DNA of 64,000 nucleotides from Alistipes sp. (GCA_017629985.1 JAGBWD010000012.1:1843-65842); one strand, 5' to 3'; numbered from the stretch's first letter, positions 10,233 to 20,956 are shown. Translations and numbers: made by a program. Notes: a model not told the origin generated them from the letters alone.

Positions 10233-11245
10233 TTAATATTATCTACAACAACACTCATACCTGGTAAAATAGCGACATTATCACCTATAGGCCTCGCCCT
10301 AACCTCAAAGGTGCGAATATCGAAACCTCCCCTAGCTCGCGTAGCGCTCCACGTTGCAAAATCGGCCTCGGAGGCTATATAGTAAACTTCAAACTCTATA
10401 CTCTTATCGAGCGCTGGGAGATAACCCTGAAACATCGCACCAAGCGTGACATCAGACATATCACTCTCCTTAATATTAAACACCACCCAGCAATGAGAGA
10501 GATCCAGCATGGTAATAACCGGATATCCCACAGAAACAAGCTCTCCAGGCTCCGAAATGATATTCGACACCCTACCCGAAATAGGGGCATATAGGCGCGA
10601 ATCACGCATATATGCACGTACCTCATCCACAGCACCTTGAGCCTCTCGAACTTTAGCAGCGAGCGCCGCACGTTGTTGCCGCGTAGCACCGTCAAGAGCC
10701 ATATCATAGCCATACCTAGCGGCCTGCTGCGAAGCTCGCATAGCCTCAAAATTCGCCACAGCCTCATCATATTGCTGGCGTGGCACAACACCCTTATCAT
10801 AGAGGTTTTTCACCCTCGCAAGGCTCTTCTCCGCAAGCTCCTGTCCTGCCAACGCCTTATGCCATAGACTCTTTGCCGCGGCCACCTCCTCCCAACGAAC
10901 ACCACTCTCCGCCTCCATATTCAGTGCCTCGGCAGCAGCCTCAAGCGCTGTCACCTGCTGCAACTTTGCATCCAGCTCGGGAGTAGAAATGGTATAGAGC
11001 AAATCACCCTCCAAAACCCAATCACCCTCCTCCACCATAAGGGAGTCGATACGTCCTGCGAGCTTCGAGGAGACACGGTATGTGCGACACTCCACAACAC
11101 CCTCAAGTACCGCCACATTCTCGTTATAAACATAGCGATATAACAACCAGCCACAGAGGAATATGACCACAACGCCAACAATAAACAACAGACTCTTTAC
11201 ACTAGTTTTCATACTATTACAGCTTTTATATAAAGACCTTTTCAC
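10229..11245 (-). CDS. HlyD family membrane fusion protein
   Basis: VSSKLAGRI..L.VEEGD.V..GD.L lipoyl-like half, APISGRV...PGELV, LPGMSV. Confidence 0.9.
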   Translation of the reverse strand: MKRSLYKSCNSMKTSVKSLLFIVGVVVIFLCGWLLYRYVYNENVAVLEGVVECRTYRVSSKLAGRIDSLMVEEGDWVLEGDLLYTISTPELDAKLQQVTALEAAAEALNMEAESGVRWEEVAAAKSLWHKALAGQELAEKSLARVKNLYDKGVVPRQQYDEAVANFEAMRASQQAARYGYDMALDGATRQQRAALAAKVREAQGAVDEVRAYMRDSRLYAPISGRVSNIISEPGELVSVGYPVITMLDLSHCWVVFNIKESDMSDVTLGAMFQGYLPALDKSIEFEVYYIASEADFATWSATRARGGFDIRTFEVRARPIGDNVAILPGMSVVVDNIK

Positions 11246-12662
11246 CCTGCTCTAAATAACTCACAAAGGTATCACTCAACCCTGACGCCTCGAGAAGCCG
11301 AGCCAGAGATAGACAAAATTGATAGGCAGCATCAAGAAACTCAACGCGCACAGCGGCAACAGCCACGCAAGCATCATACAAATCAGAGGGCGACACTACA
11401 CCCTCACGAAACCCCTCCGAAGCAGAGTAATAATAACTCTCTGCAAAGGCCATAGCATCCCTTATAGCCTTGATATTATAGATAGCATTTTGCAACGCAT
11501 AATACTCTTTATCAACAAGAAGCATAATATCACCTCGAGCATCTTCTACCATAGAAGCTACACTCTGCGACTCACGCTTTGCAGCTCGGAGATTATACTC
11601 CTTACCAAGACCATCAAATATAGGGATACGCACCCCAATACCGATACTCCAGCGCGGCACCATATCGCTCAACTGATAACTATATATTGCCGCAGCACCC
11701 ATAGCAAATAGCTCGGGATAGAGCGAGGAGCGAGCTAGCTTAACACCCTCCAAAGAGAGTTGTTGTTGCAGCCTTACACCACATAGAATTGGATTTAGTG
11801 CATCTGCCATATCCATATAGTAATCAACGGCATAAATATCATCATATAGAAAAATTCTATCTACGGGATTCACACTCTCCTCATTGCCTATAATAAGATT
11901 TAGAGCCGCCTCGGCAACACTAACCTTGCCTATTGCCTCTTGCAGGTCACGTTCTGCTTCGGAGAGCTTAAAGCGCATATATGCAACAGCACTAGAGGCA
12001 ACAACACCCTCCTGCTCCATGGCTTGTGCATCAGAGAGGTGACGCGACATAGCACAGACCACCTCGCGCCTAACATCTACAACACTACGAGCCACTATAA
12101 CACCATAGTAACACTCCACAAGCTCCGTAACAAGATGACTCTCCGTGGCATCAAGAGCATAACTAGAGGATTCAAGCTCCAATTCCGCCACCTTTGTTGC
12201 TATATTTATGCGACCACCCATATAAATAGGTAGCGACACTGTAGCTCCTATCACACCAAAGGCTCGTTTTTGCAGCGTATAGCGCCAATCTACAGCCATC
12301 AAGGGAGATAGACCCTCGGCAAGAGCCTGCGCTACAGAGGAGCTGATAAGGCCACTAGTGACCGAGCTATTTATAAGACCCTTTATCGACTCCGCAACAA
12401 CACCTTTTGTACCACCCAAATCTATATCTACATTGCGCTGCATCAGCGTAAAACCTCCAATCACATCAACCTTTGGTAGACGTAAGCCACGCGAGACATG
12501 TAGCTGATTGTAGGCAGCATCAACGTCATAGCGGGCGCTCTTTGCAGAGCCATTATTCAGAAGCATAGCATCGAGTGCCTCGCGAAACGTCATATCATAC
12601 TGCGCAGCGAGAGGTACTACAGCGGTTATAGCCACAAGGAGTAGAGCGAGGAGTTGTTTCAT
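11226..12662 (-). CDS. TolC family outer membrane efflux protein
   Basis: Signal peptide, two OEP repeats (LPIYMGG, IPIFDG); heads the HlyD-permease operon. Confidence 0.88.
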   Translation of the reverse strand: MKQLLALLLVAITAVVPLAAQYDMTFREALDAMLLNNGSAKSARYDVDAAYNQLHVSRGLRLPKVDVIGGFTLMQRNVDIDLGGTKGVVAESIKGLINSSVTSGLISSSVAQALAEGLSPLMAVDWRYTLQKRAFGVIGATVSLPIYMGGRINIATKVAELELESSSYALDATESHLVTELVECYYGVIVARSVVDVRREVVCAMSRHLSDAQAMEQEGVVASSAVAYMRFKLSEAERDLQEAIGKVSVAEAALNLIIGNEESVNPVDRIFLYDDIYAVDYYMDMADALNPILCGVRLQQQLSLEGVKLARSSLYPELFAMGAAAIYSYQLSDMVPRWSIGIGVRIPIFDGLGKEYNLRAAKRESQSVASMVEDARGDIMLLVDKEYYALQNAIYNIKAIRDAMAFAESYYYSASEGFREGVVSPSDLYDACVAVAAVRVEFLDAAYQFCLSLARLLEASGLSDTFVSYLEQGEKVFI

Positions 12663-12749
12663 ATAACACAGATAATTGATTCAGGATAAAACACATCAAA
12701 TATCGCGCAAAGAGTATCACAAAGGAGAGAAATATCTACCCCACAGCAT

Positions 12750-12765
12750 TGGCATATTAGTTGCT
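12750..12765 (+). promoter_or_regulatory. sigma54 (-24/-12) promoter upstream of the DcaP-like porin
   Basis: TGGCATATTAGTTGCT = GG-N10-GC with TGGCA and TTGC. Confidence 0.6.
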
Positions 12766-12801
12766 ACAATCGAAGCGAGTATTAACTAAAACAAGTTGAT
12801 T

Positions 12802-14118
12802 ATGAAACAATTTAGACATTTATTTCTAGCTGTTTTGAGCCTTATTATAGGTGTGACTACCCTATCGGCTCAAGTTGTATACTACGAGATTGAGGAGTAT
12901 ACACCTACGGTGTACATGGTAGCAAAGGGGAAGGCCGAGTGTGATAACAGATGCAGTGAGGTGAAAGATCACTTCATAGATACACATCGCCACGGATTCC
13001 AGCAGACCGAAAACCCACAATTTATCTTCTCATCTCACAACAACCGCTTTGCGCTGGGTATAGGTGGATATGTAAACCTACGCACCAGCTACGACTTTAG
13101 GGGTGCCATGGGCAATATAGATTTCGTGCCATACGATATCCCTATGAAACACAGCTGGCAAAATAAGCAGCGTGTGATGATGGATGCCTCGACATCGCGA
13201 CTATTCCTCAAGGCTGTGATAAAGAGCGACTTGCTGGGCCGCGTGGTGATATATAGCGATATGGACTTCAGAGGTGGCGAGGAGTTTACCTACATTCCAC
13301 GTCTACGTTCAGCATACGTTAGCTTCAAGGGTTTTACCATAGGACGTGACGTTACAACATTCTGCGACCTCGAGGCAGCTCCTACAACAATAGACTTCCA
13401 AGGTCCTAATGCCTACAACTTCGCCTTCAATGAGATGATACGCTACGAGTATAGCCTATTGCGCAACCACATGACCATAGGTGCTGCAGCGGAGATGCCC
13501 GCGGTAAATGGCACCTACGGCGAAAACTTCTCGCCTATATACCAGCGTGTTCCCGACTTCATAGCCTATGTAGGGTATGCCTGGGGCGAGAATCGCACTA
13601 GTCATATTCGCGCCTCGGCGGTCATACGCGACATGTATCTACATAACAACCGCACAGGAGAGAACACCACACAACTAGGTTGGGGTATTCAGTTGAGTGG
13701 TCACATAGACATCGGCCAATGGGTGGATCTCTACATGAATGGTGTATATGGTAAGGGTATAACACCTTATATCCAAGACCTTGCAGGCTCGCCATACGAC
13801 TTTGCCTATGACCCCGAAGACCCTACACGCATGCAGACAATGCCTATGTGGGGCTGGCAGGCTGCAGCACAGGTAAACATCCTGCCTAACGTTCTATGGC
13901 TCGCAGGAGGCTACTCCGAGGTACACCTAGAGAAGCACAATGGCTACCTATCAGATGGCCAATATCGCAAGGGAGAGTATATCTTTGCCAATGCCTTCTA
14001 CAACCTCACATCAAACCTCACCCTAGCTGTGGAGTACCTACATGGCGCACGCAAGAATATGGGAGGCGAGAAGAATAGCGCCAACCGCATAAGCATCATG
14101 GCGCAATACAACTTCTAA
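12802..14118 (+). CDS. DcaP-like outer-membrane porin
   Basis: Signal peptide ending LSAQ, RLRSAY, PTTIDFQGPN, C-terminal QYNF beta-signal. Confidence 0.75.
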   Translation: MKQFRHLFLAVLSLIIGVTTLSAQVVYYEIEEYTPTVYMVAKGKAECDNRCSEVKDHFIDTHRHGFQQTENPQFIFSSHNNRFALGIGGYVNLRTSYDFRGAMGNIDFVPYDIPMKHSWQNKQRVMMDASTSRLFLKAVIKSDLLGRVVIYSDMDFRGGEEFTYIPRLRSAYVSFKGFTIGRDVTTFCDLEAAPTTIDFQGPNAYNFAFNEMIRYEYSLLRNHMTIGAAAEMPAVNGTYGENFSPIYQRVPDFIAYVGYAWGENRTSHIRASAVIRDMYLHNNRTGENTTQLGWGIQLSGHIDIGQWVDLYMNGVYGKGITPYIQDLAGSPYDFAYDPEDPTRMQTMPMWGWQAAAQVNILPNVLWLAGGYSEVHLEKHNGYLSDGQYRKGEYIFANAFYNLTSNLTLAVEYLHGARKNMGGEKNSANRISIMAQYNF

Positions 14119-14134
14119 AACGAATATTAACAAC

Positions 14135-14172
14135 AAAAAGAGAGCCTGCTCCCAATCGGAACAGGCTCTCTC
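14135..14172. terminator. hairpin between convergent genes (probable terminator)
   Basis: GAGAGCCTGCTCC-caatc-GGAACAGGCTCTC preceded by an A-tract. Confidence 0.7.
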
Positions 14173-14200
14173 TATTAGAAATATAAATCAAAGTTATACT

Positions 14201-15757
14201 TTAGTTCGCTGTTGTAAACGGCTCACACTCAAAGAACTTAACACCCTTATTCATATCCTCCACCAAGACACACATAGTATACGTTGTGTTGTAGTTGAGG
14301 TAATCCCACTTATAGTCGAGTGTTGTCTCAAGGAACTGACGTTTTGAATCATGACTCAAAGCAGGGATTAGAGATATCATACACGACTCGTATGAAGTAA
14401 AGCCAGCTTGCGCATACTCACCAGCCTTAATCTCCTCAAGGCGCTGTGTAGGCATCATAGCCACATAGCAGCACCACACATCATCGCCAAAAATACAGTC
14501 AAAGACCACATCGTTGCGATTTATCTCATCAATATGTATATCTACAGTTCCTGTACCTTGAGCAGGAGCCTTGGTACGCACCTGCACCATCTCCACACCG
14601 CCGAGAAGGCTATTCTCCTGGCCATCGCTGACATCCATAAGTGCAGCAAGGATGATGTAGTCCGTAGAGGACATAGCCTCCATAACCAAACCTGGAACAT
14701 GCTCACATTCCTTACCATTCTCCCAGTTGAAGGTTAGAGTACCCTCAAGCATGAAGCCATAGGTAACAACCCACGCACCAGGATTTGGCGAAGATAGGTC
14801 ATATACACGCTTATCTACAACCGAGCAACGCCAATACTGACCCTCCTCGGCATTGATTCTAAAGCTGAAGGAGTTAGAGCCTACCTCCAATACCTCGATA
14901 AGCTCATCAGAGCCGGTATCATCACCCTCTGGAACTGAAGCACCCGACAATATACCGTGGTAGTAACCCTGAATGGTTCGCTGTGTACCATCCTCATCGT
15001 ATGTGAGCATCATGTATACAGCATAATAGCCATCGACAACATCTACAGAAACATAGCCATCAGTGAAGAGATAACCCTCACCATCAGCACTTTTACCATT
15101 TGGAATATATCCCGATGTCTCACTATGAATGGTAAATGGTGCATAGTTTGTGTCAAAGCTATACATACCATAAGGGAAGTAGACGCTCATAGTCTCATCG
15201 AGAGTATAGAAGTCGAGGATGATACGGTCGCCATTGTCACGTACAAAGGTTACATAGTAGTTGTAAGGCTCATACCAGCGGCCATCCTTGGTCTTGGTGA
15301 TAACAATATTCTCCACGCCCTCAATCTCTGGAAGCTCACCATTATTGTCATCATCGTCATCATCATCGTCACCATTATTACCGCCACCTGTAGCGCTCTT
15401 GGTAGTCATCATGATTGGCTCTGCCATTACCTTAACATCACCATTGCGTGCTGCAGCCGCAACATAGTACTTGGTATCAGCATCTAGGTCATCAATAGTG
15501 ATTACACCACCCTCTGTTGCAGTACCTCCAGAAAGCACAGCATCAGCCGTGATGTTATCGCCATCATAGAGCATATATGCGACCTCCGAGGCATCTTTAA
15601 CATTTAGGACAAAGGTGATAGAATCAGATGTAGTATCCACAGCCGTAAGCGATATCGTAGGCGTTACCGCAGTGGCATTATCTGCACTCTTGTTACATCC
15701 CACAGCGAGAAGCGCAGGGGCAAGAATCAAGCATAATAGTTGTTGTATCTTATTCAT
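14201..15757 (-). CDS. surface lipoprotein with FN3-like repeats and acidic linker
   Basis: SPII LAVGC; repeats LDADTKYYV, MSSTDYII, LNYNTTYTM; poly-Asp linker. Confidence 0.7.
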   Translation of the reverse strand: MNKIQQLLCLILAPALLAVGCNKSADNATAVTPTISLTAVDTTSDSITFVLNVKDASEVAYMLYDGDNITADAVLSGGTATEGGVITIDDLDADTKYYVAAAARNGDVKVMAEPIMMTTKSATGGGNNGDDDDDDDDNNGELPEIEGVENIVITKTKDGRWYEPYNYYVTFVRDNGDRIILDFYTLDETMSVYFPYGMYSFDTNYAPFTIHSETSGYIPNGKSADGEGYLFTDGYVSVDVVDGYYAVYMMLTYDEDGTQRTIQGYYHGILSGASVPEGDDTGSDELIEVLEVGSNSFSFRINAEEGQYWRCSVVDKRVYDLSSPNPGAWVVTYGFMLEGTLTFNWENGKECEHVPGLVMEAMSSTDYIILAALMDVSDGQENSLLGGVEMVQVRTKAPAQGTGTVDIHIDEINRNDVVFDCIFGDDVWCCYVAMMPTQRLEEIKAGEYAQAGFTSYESCMISLIPALSHDSKRQFLETTLDYKWDYLNYNTTYTMCVLVEDMNKGVKFFECEPFTTAN

Positions 15758-15779
15758 AATATTGTTATTACATTAGTTA

Positions 15780-17090
15780 TTAATCCTCCTCAATTACACC
15801 TGTCCAGTTACAAGTAATATTGTTACCCTTGTAGTCGTAGGCATCAAGAATCACGGTGTGTGTACCATCGCCGTTGTCGATGAACTCGGCGCTACCACTC
15901 TTTATCATGGCGTAATTCTTATATCCACTTGCCGAACCACCACCATACTCATAGAACCAGCTACCTACAGCCTGGGCATACTTATTTGTGAAGCCCGCCA
16001 TCATAACCATCTTACCTGGTGTATTAGAGATGGTATACTTACCAGCAAACTGACCATCCTGCGACTTATTGTTTGTGATAAGGTCAAACTGTAGCGTATC
16101 ACCATACACATAGCCTCCCGACTTATTCATGATGTAGATGGTGTAGTTTGAGTATCCTACCTGCCAGTAGTCACCCTCATAGCCCCACTTTGCACGATGC
16201 TCACCATCGAAGGTTACATGACGATCCTGCTCAAGAGTACTCTGTGCCTCGCCATCCTGACCTCCTGTAGGGTCATCATTACCATTGCCATTATCGCCTC
16301 CGGTATTCTCGCCGCTGACATCCTCGAGTGCGAGGTCGCCCTGGAAGGTAACCTTATGCACACGGCCATCGAGAGTAGCCTCAAGCACAATCTTATTTGC
16401 CGACACCACCATCTTTGCATTGGTCATATATATCACCTCGATATCCTCCACAGTCTCGCCGGTGAGCATAAGCTGGCTGTTCTCGCTGTTTATGGTGTAA
16501 GGCTCGCCGCTATTTGCAGCATCAAAGGTATATGTACCTATAGGCAACGAATTGCTCTTGGTAGCAGGGCCAAAGCAGTCAATATAATAATATGTGCCAT
16601 TTCCGTAAGCCTGACCTCCATTATTAAGACCCTTGTCAGATAGGAAGAAGGCATATCTATCGCTACCCTCGCCATACTTCTCTCCATAGTAATAGCCATC
16701 CATAGATGAAGCCGCGAAGTTTACGTCAGCATTGCCACTTACCGTACCGCTAGCCTGTAGGAAGACAAGTGTAGCAAAGTCCTTCACACTGCGTAACTCT
16801 ACTACCGCGGTGCGCATAGCGCCTGTAGTATTGGCCTTGAAGGTAACTACAAGGATACCCTTCGCAGGGTTCTTAATCTCCTTAATAGCCTCATTGCCAC
16901 TTACTATTGTTGCAGTTACATCCTCCTCCGAGATGTAGGCTACATAGATATCACCACCATTGGCATCTACCTTGTACTCGACACCCGAAGTGACCTCGAA
17001 CTTTACCTTTGGAGCATCGGCAGCCTCATTGCTACACGACACCGAAAGTGCCATCGATACGATGGCCAAAAGCATAATAAAGTGTTTCAT
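15780..17090 (-). CDS. surface lipoprotein with BACON-like domain and two tandem beta domains
   Basis: SPII LSVSC; ANTTGAMRTAVV BACON-like motif; strong similarity to 56015-57520. Confidence 0.72.
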   Translation of the reverse strand: MKHFIMLLAIVSMALSVSCSNEAADAPKVKFEVTSGVEYKVDANGGDIYVAYISEEDVTATIVSGNEAIKEIKNPAKGILVVTFKANTTGAMRTAVVELRSVKDFATLVFLQASGTVSGNADVNFAASSMDGYYYGEKYGEGSDRYAFFLSDKGLNNGGQAYGNGTYYYIDCFGPATKSNSLPIGTYTFDAANSGEPYTINSENSQLMLTGETVEDIEVIYMTNAKMVVSANKIVLEATLDGRVHKVTFQGDLALEDVSGENTGGDNGNGNDDPTGGQDGEAQSTLEQDRHVTFDGEHRAKWGYEGDYWQVGYSNYTIYIMNKSGGYVYGDTLQFDLITNNKSQDGQFAGKYTISNTPGKMVMMAGFTNKYAQAVGSWFYEYGGGSASGYKNYAMIKSGSAEFIDNGDGTHTVILDAYDYKGNNITCNWTGVIEED

Positions 17091-17160
17091 AAAGTGTTAT
17101 AGTTTATAGTTTGTAGTTTTAGCTTATCATTCTCACTATAGAAAGGTTCTTGAAAGTTCA

Positions 17161-17196
17161 GAGAGTTTAGGAAGACTTACATCTCCCTAAACTCCC
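17161..17196. repeat. degenerate member of the TTTAGGG/CCCTAAA hairpin repeat family
   Basis: GAGAGTTTAGGAAGA-cttaca-TCTCCCTAAACTCCC. Confidence 0.5.
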
Positions 17197-17235
17197 ATTA
17201 CATAGCCCCTTTTACATCAAGCGCTACTGCTGCAT

Positions 17236-17586
17236 CTACAGAAGTCTATTTGTACGCTCATCGGGGAAGACAACCTTTGGCTCAAAGCTCTTTGCCTCCT
17301 CGAAATCCATGAATCCGTAACCCATAATGATTACGATATCTCCCACTGCGGTCTTGCGTGCTGCGGCGCCATTAAGGCATATACATCCACTGCCACGCTC
17401 ACCCTTGATAACGTAGGTCTCGATGCGCTCGCCATTGTTATTATTAACAATCTGCACCTTCTCGCCCTCGATAAGTCCCGCAGCATCCATCAAATCCTCG
17501 TCAATGGTGATGCTACCTACATAGTTTAGATTCGACTCGGTGACACGCACACGGTGAATCTTCGATTTCATTCTCTCAATAAACAT
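17236..17586 (-). CDS. panD: aspartate 1-decarboxylase
   Basis: [14 protein letters not shown] self-cleavage site, LNGAAAR. Confidence 0.96.
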   Translation of the reverse strand: MFIERMKSKIHRVRVTESNLNYVGSITIDEDLMDAAGLIEGEKVQIVNNNNGERIETYVIKGERGSGCICLNGAAARKTAVGDIVIIMGYGFMDFEEAKSFEPKVVFPDERTNRLL

Positions 17587-17594
17587 AGCTTGGG

Positions 17595-18431
17595 TTATTT
17601 AATGCGAATGTTATCTATAAGACGGATGTCGCCAGCCTGCACAGCACAGCAACCCTGGATACGCTCCGAGTCGCTCCACGCCTCCACCTTCTGCATTGTC
17701 TTGGCATCAACAGCCTCGAAATAGATAGTCTTGAGGAGTGGATTTGAGTCGATAGTCTCAACCACCCACGCCGTAAGCTCGCTAGGAGTCATAGTCGCCA
17801 TCTTTGCAGCACACTGGCTGATGGTAGCGTAAATATGTGGTGCTGCCTTGCGATGCTCCGAAGTGAGAAGCTCATTACGCGAAGAGAGTGCAAGACCATC
17901 CTCGCCACGTACTATGGCACACTCCACAATATCTACCTCGATTGCCAGCTGCGCAACCATAGCCTTGATTACAGCAATCTGCTGAAAATCCTTCTCACCA
18001 AAGTAAGCACGCTGTGGGTTTACTAGGGCAAAGAGGCGGCTCACCACCTGTGCCACGCCGTTGAAGTGTCCAGGGCGTGTAGCACCCTCCATAACCTTAT
18101 CTACAAGGCCAAAGTCGAAGACTCTAGTATCAGGCTCTGGATATATATCCTCCACCGCAGGCATGAAAACCACATCGGCACCTGCAGCCTCCAATATTGC
18201 GCAGTCTGCCTCTGGTGTACGCGGATAGTTCTTGAGGTCGTTCTTATCGTTAAACTGTGTGGGGTTCACAAAGACACTCACCACAACAGTCTCATTCTCC
18301 TGTCGTGCGCGCTCCACCAACGAACGGTGACCGCGATGCAAAGCACCCATGGTAGGTACAAAGCCTATACCCTCTTTTGGGCAGTTGGCCAAAGCTGCCT
18401 TAAGGTCAGCTACACTCTTTACTACTTTCAT
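17595..18431 (-). CDS. panC: pantoate--beta-alanine ligase
   Basis: [39 protein letters not shown]. Confidence 0.96.
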   Translation of the reverse strand: MKVVKSVADLKAALANCPKEGIGFVPTMGALHRGHRSLVERARQENETVVVSVFVNPTQFNDKNDLKNYPRTPEADCAILEAAGADVVFMPAVEDIYPEPDTRVFDFGLVDKVMEGATRPGHFNGVAQVVSRLFALVNPQRAYFGEKDFQQIAVIKAMVAQLAIEVDIVECAIVRGEDGLALSSRNELLTSEHRKAAPHIYATISQCAAKMATMTPSELTAWVVETIDSNPLLKTIYFEAVDAKTMQKVEAWSDSERIQGCCAVQAGDIRLIDNIRIK

Positions 18432-18752
18432 ATTTTAATTAGAATAGTTGCGCAAATGTACAAAACAATATGAATATCGCAAAGCAATCTACATAAAAAA
18501 GTTACTATCAATAGCTATTATAGCAGAGATTACCAACACACTAGCGTACAACACCCCCTATTTCTCGTTGAATAGCCCATATTTTCATACGAACAGGGGG
18601 ATTTTGCAGCTAATATAATATATATAGGTATATCAGTCTACTTATGAGGAGTGTTCAGCAGAATATGAGCAGTGGTATAAAAACAAGAAATGGCGAAAGG
18701 GGTTACCATTCGCCATTTTCTTAATCTATATCTGTACGATAGATATCGCCGA

Positions 18753-19493
18753 TTACTCATTCACGAGGATTCGTCCACAATACTCGCACACAATCAACTT
18801 CTTACCCTGACGGATATCAGACTGGCGCTGTGGAGGAATACGGTTGAAGCAACCACCGCAAGCATCACGAGAGATTGTTACCACGGCAAGACCATTACGC
18901 ACGTTGCTACGTATACGGTTGTAAGCAGCTAGAAGACGCTCGTCAATAGGAGCCTTTGCCTTCTCGGCCTTTGCAGTAAGCTCTGCAACCTGTGATGCAG
19001 TCTCTGCCTCGATAGAGTCTAGCTCGCTCTTCTTTGCGTTGTAGTCGATGGTACGCTCACGCACAAGGTTGTTAGTCTCCTCAATTACAGCCTTCTTGCC
19101 CTTCATCTGTGCAGCATACTCCTTAAGACGCTTCTCTGCAAGTTCTATCTCAAGTTCCTGATACTCTATCTCCTTTGTGATGGCGTCATACTCGCGGTTG
19201 TTGCGCACGTTGTTCTGCTGCTCCTTGTAGTTACCAATCATGATTTGTGCCTGGTCTACCTCGCGCTTGCGCTGACGTGTCAATGAATTAAGCTCCTCGA
19301 TTTCGGCATTTACATTCTCAATACGAGTGTTAAGGCCTGCAAGCTCATCCTCAAGGTCCTGTACCTCTAGAGGTAGCTCACCCTTGATCTTGTTAATCTC
19401 ATCAATCGCCGAGTCAATCTTCTGCAACTCGTAGAGTGCCATAATCTTCTCCTGCATCGAGTAGTCAACATCGTTTGTCTTCTTCTGTGCCAT
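18753..19493 (-). CDS. coiled-coil protein with C-terminal C4 zinc ribbon (DUF164-like)
   Basis: Long coiled coil, ACGGCF..IPPQ...CEYCGRIL; follows Nif3. Confidence 0.88.
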   Translation of the reverse strand: MAQKKTNDVDYSMQEKIMALYELQKIDSAIDEINKIKGELPLEVQDLEDELAGLNTRIENVNAEIEELNSLTRQRKREVDQAQIMIGNYKEQQNNVRNNREYDAITKEIEYQELEIELAEKRLKEYAAQMKGKKAVIEETNNLVRERTIDYNAKKSELDSIEAETASQVAELTAKAEKAKAPIDERLLAAYNRIRSNVRNGLAVVTISRDACGGCFNRIPPQRQSDIRQGKKLIVCEYCGRILVNE

Positions 19494-19519
19494 ATAGTTA
19501 TTCGTTTAGTTATTTTATC

Positions 19520-20311
19520 CTAGAATAAGTAGTGTATAGGGTTTCGCGAGCATTGGCTCTTGCGAACTGCAAAGTTACACATTTTTTTTGATAATACATC
19601 ATTCAAAATGCGAATTGCGCAAAATTCGCTCTCAAAATGTCCGATATCGGCTATAATCATACGTTTTTCACCCTCCATAAAGTCATTATAACGGAGGTCA
19701 GCGGTGATATATAGGTCGGCCTGCGCAGCATGAGCCTCACCAATGAGCGAGCGTCCTGCACCTGTGCATATCGCCACACGGCGCACCATCATACCCTCCT
19801 CGGGTATTTCGCTATAGCGCACAGCACCCACCTCGAAGAGGCTTTTTACACGTTGCAGCAATGCCATAGCATCCTCGGCACGGGGCAACACTCCTACCAC
19901 ACCATAACCTACATTCGGCTCCCCAGCACGAGGCTCTAACACCGTCATAGCCTCAAGGCCTATCATAGCACCCACGCTCCAGCTAGTGCCATTGACCACA
20001 CTATCAAGGTTGGTGTGACAGGCATACAACGCGATACCCTTACGTATGGCACGCTCCACACATCGCTCCACGTATGTTGCAGAATTTAGGCGCTTCAGAG
20101 GTGTAAAGATTATGGGGTGATGCGTGATGATTATATCACACCCCTCACGCTCCGCCTCGTCCATCACCTCCTCGGTAACATCAACCGCCAGGAGCGCCTT
20201 ATGCACCTCATCATCCATGCGTCCAACGATGAGTCCCGAGTTGTCGTAGTCAGCCTGCAGGCGCAGTGGTGCAAACTCCTCTATTGCTACAGCTATATCC
20301 CTAATCTTCAT
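19520..20311 (-). CDS. Nif3-like dinuclear metal center hexameric protein
   Basis: DNSGL, THHPIIF, HTNLD, DIGHFESE. Confidence 0.92.
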   Translation of the reverse strand: MKIRDIAVAIEEFAPLRLQADYDNSGLIVGRMDDEVHKALLAVDVTEEVMDEAEREGCDIIITHHPIIFTPLKRLNSATYVERCVERAIRKGIALYACHTNLDSVVNGTSWSVGAMIGLEAMTVLEPRAGEPNVGYGVVGVLPRAEDAMALLQRVKSLFEVGAVRYSEIPEEGMMVRRVAICTGAGRSLIGEAHAAQADLYITADLRYNDFMEGEKRMIIADIGHFESEFCAIRILNDVLSKKMCNFAVRKSQCSRNPIHYLF

Positions 20312-20323
20312 ATCGTTACAACA

Positions 20324-20950
20324 TTAGAATAGCGACTGCTCGTAGAATGGGAACAACTCCTTCTCCTCACCCTTCTTACTCTTTGTGCGGCGGCGTGTAA
20401 CACTCTGCATAGCCTCGCTATCAGCCTCATTAGCCTCCTGCTTACGTGGACGACCACGGCGACGTGGCTCTGCCTCCACCACAGCCTCTGCAGGCTCTGC
20501 ACTCTCCGCCACGGTCTCTTCAGAGGTTGGCGTTGTAACACCCTCCACCACATCAGCCTTGGCAGCGCTCTCCACATCTGTTATCAGCTCCGCCATTGCC
20601 TCTATAGGCGCCTCATACTCCACAGGAGAGTCATCGCCCAACGTCTCACGAATCTCGAGCAACATAGCACGTATGTTCTGCAGACGCTCCAAGATAGATA
20701 CATCACGCTTAACACTCTTGCCACGGCGCTTCATCGCAAGGTTAGCACCCTCGAGGGTCATACCCTTCTCCTTCACAAGGTGGTATATAAGTTTTAGGTT
20801 CTCGATATCAGATGGGGTAAACATTCTGTTACCCTTCTTATTTTTATGAGGCTTTATGCAGTCGAACTTCGACTCCCAGTAGCGGATTAACGATGCATTA
20901 ACATCGAACATCTCCGTAACCTCACCCATCGAATAAAGTAGCTTTGCCAT
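20324..20950 (-). CDS. MerR family HTH regulator with long C-terminal tail
   Basis: YSMGEV..MFDVNASLIRYWE..F..IKP.KNKKGNR; tail contains RRRGRPRK. Confidence 0.85.
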   Translation of the reverse strand: MAKLLYSMGEVTEMFDVNASLIRYWESKFDCIKPHKNKKGNRMFTPSDIENLKLIYHLVKEKGMTLEGANLAMKRRGKSVKRDVSILERLQNIRAMLLEIRETLGDDSPVEYEAPIEAMAELITDVESAAKADVVEGVTTPTSEETVAESAEPAEAVVEAEPRRRGRPRKQEANEADSEAMQSVTRRRTKSKKGEEKELFPFYEQSLF

Positions 20951-20956
20951 ATATCT

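Noticed and set aside
18553-18600. Weak long hairpin upstream of the panC promoter
   Set aside because: Many mismatches, with no supporting promoter/terminator pair or second copy
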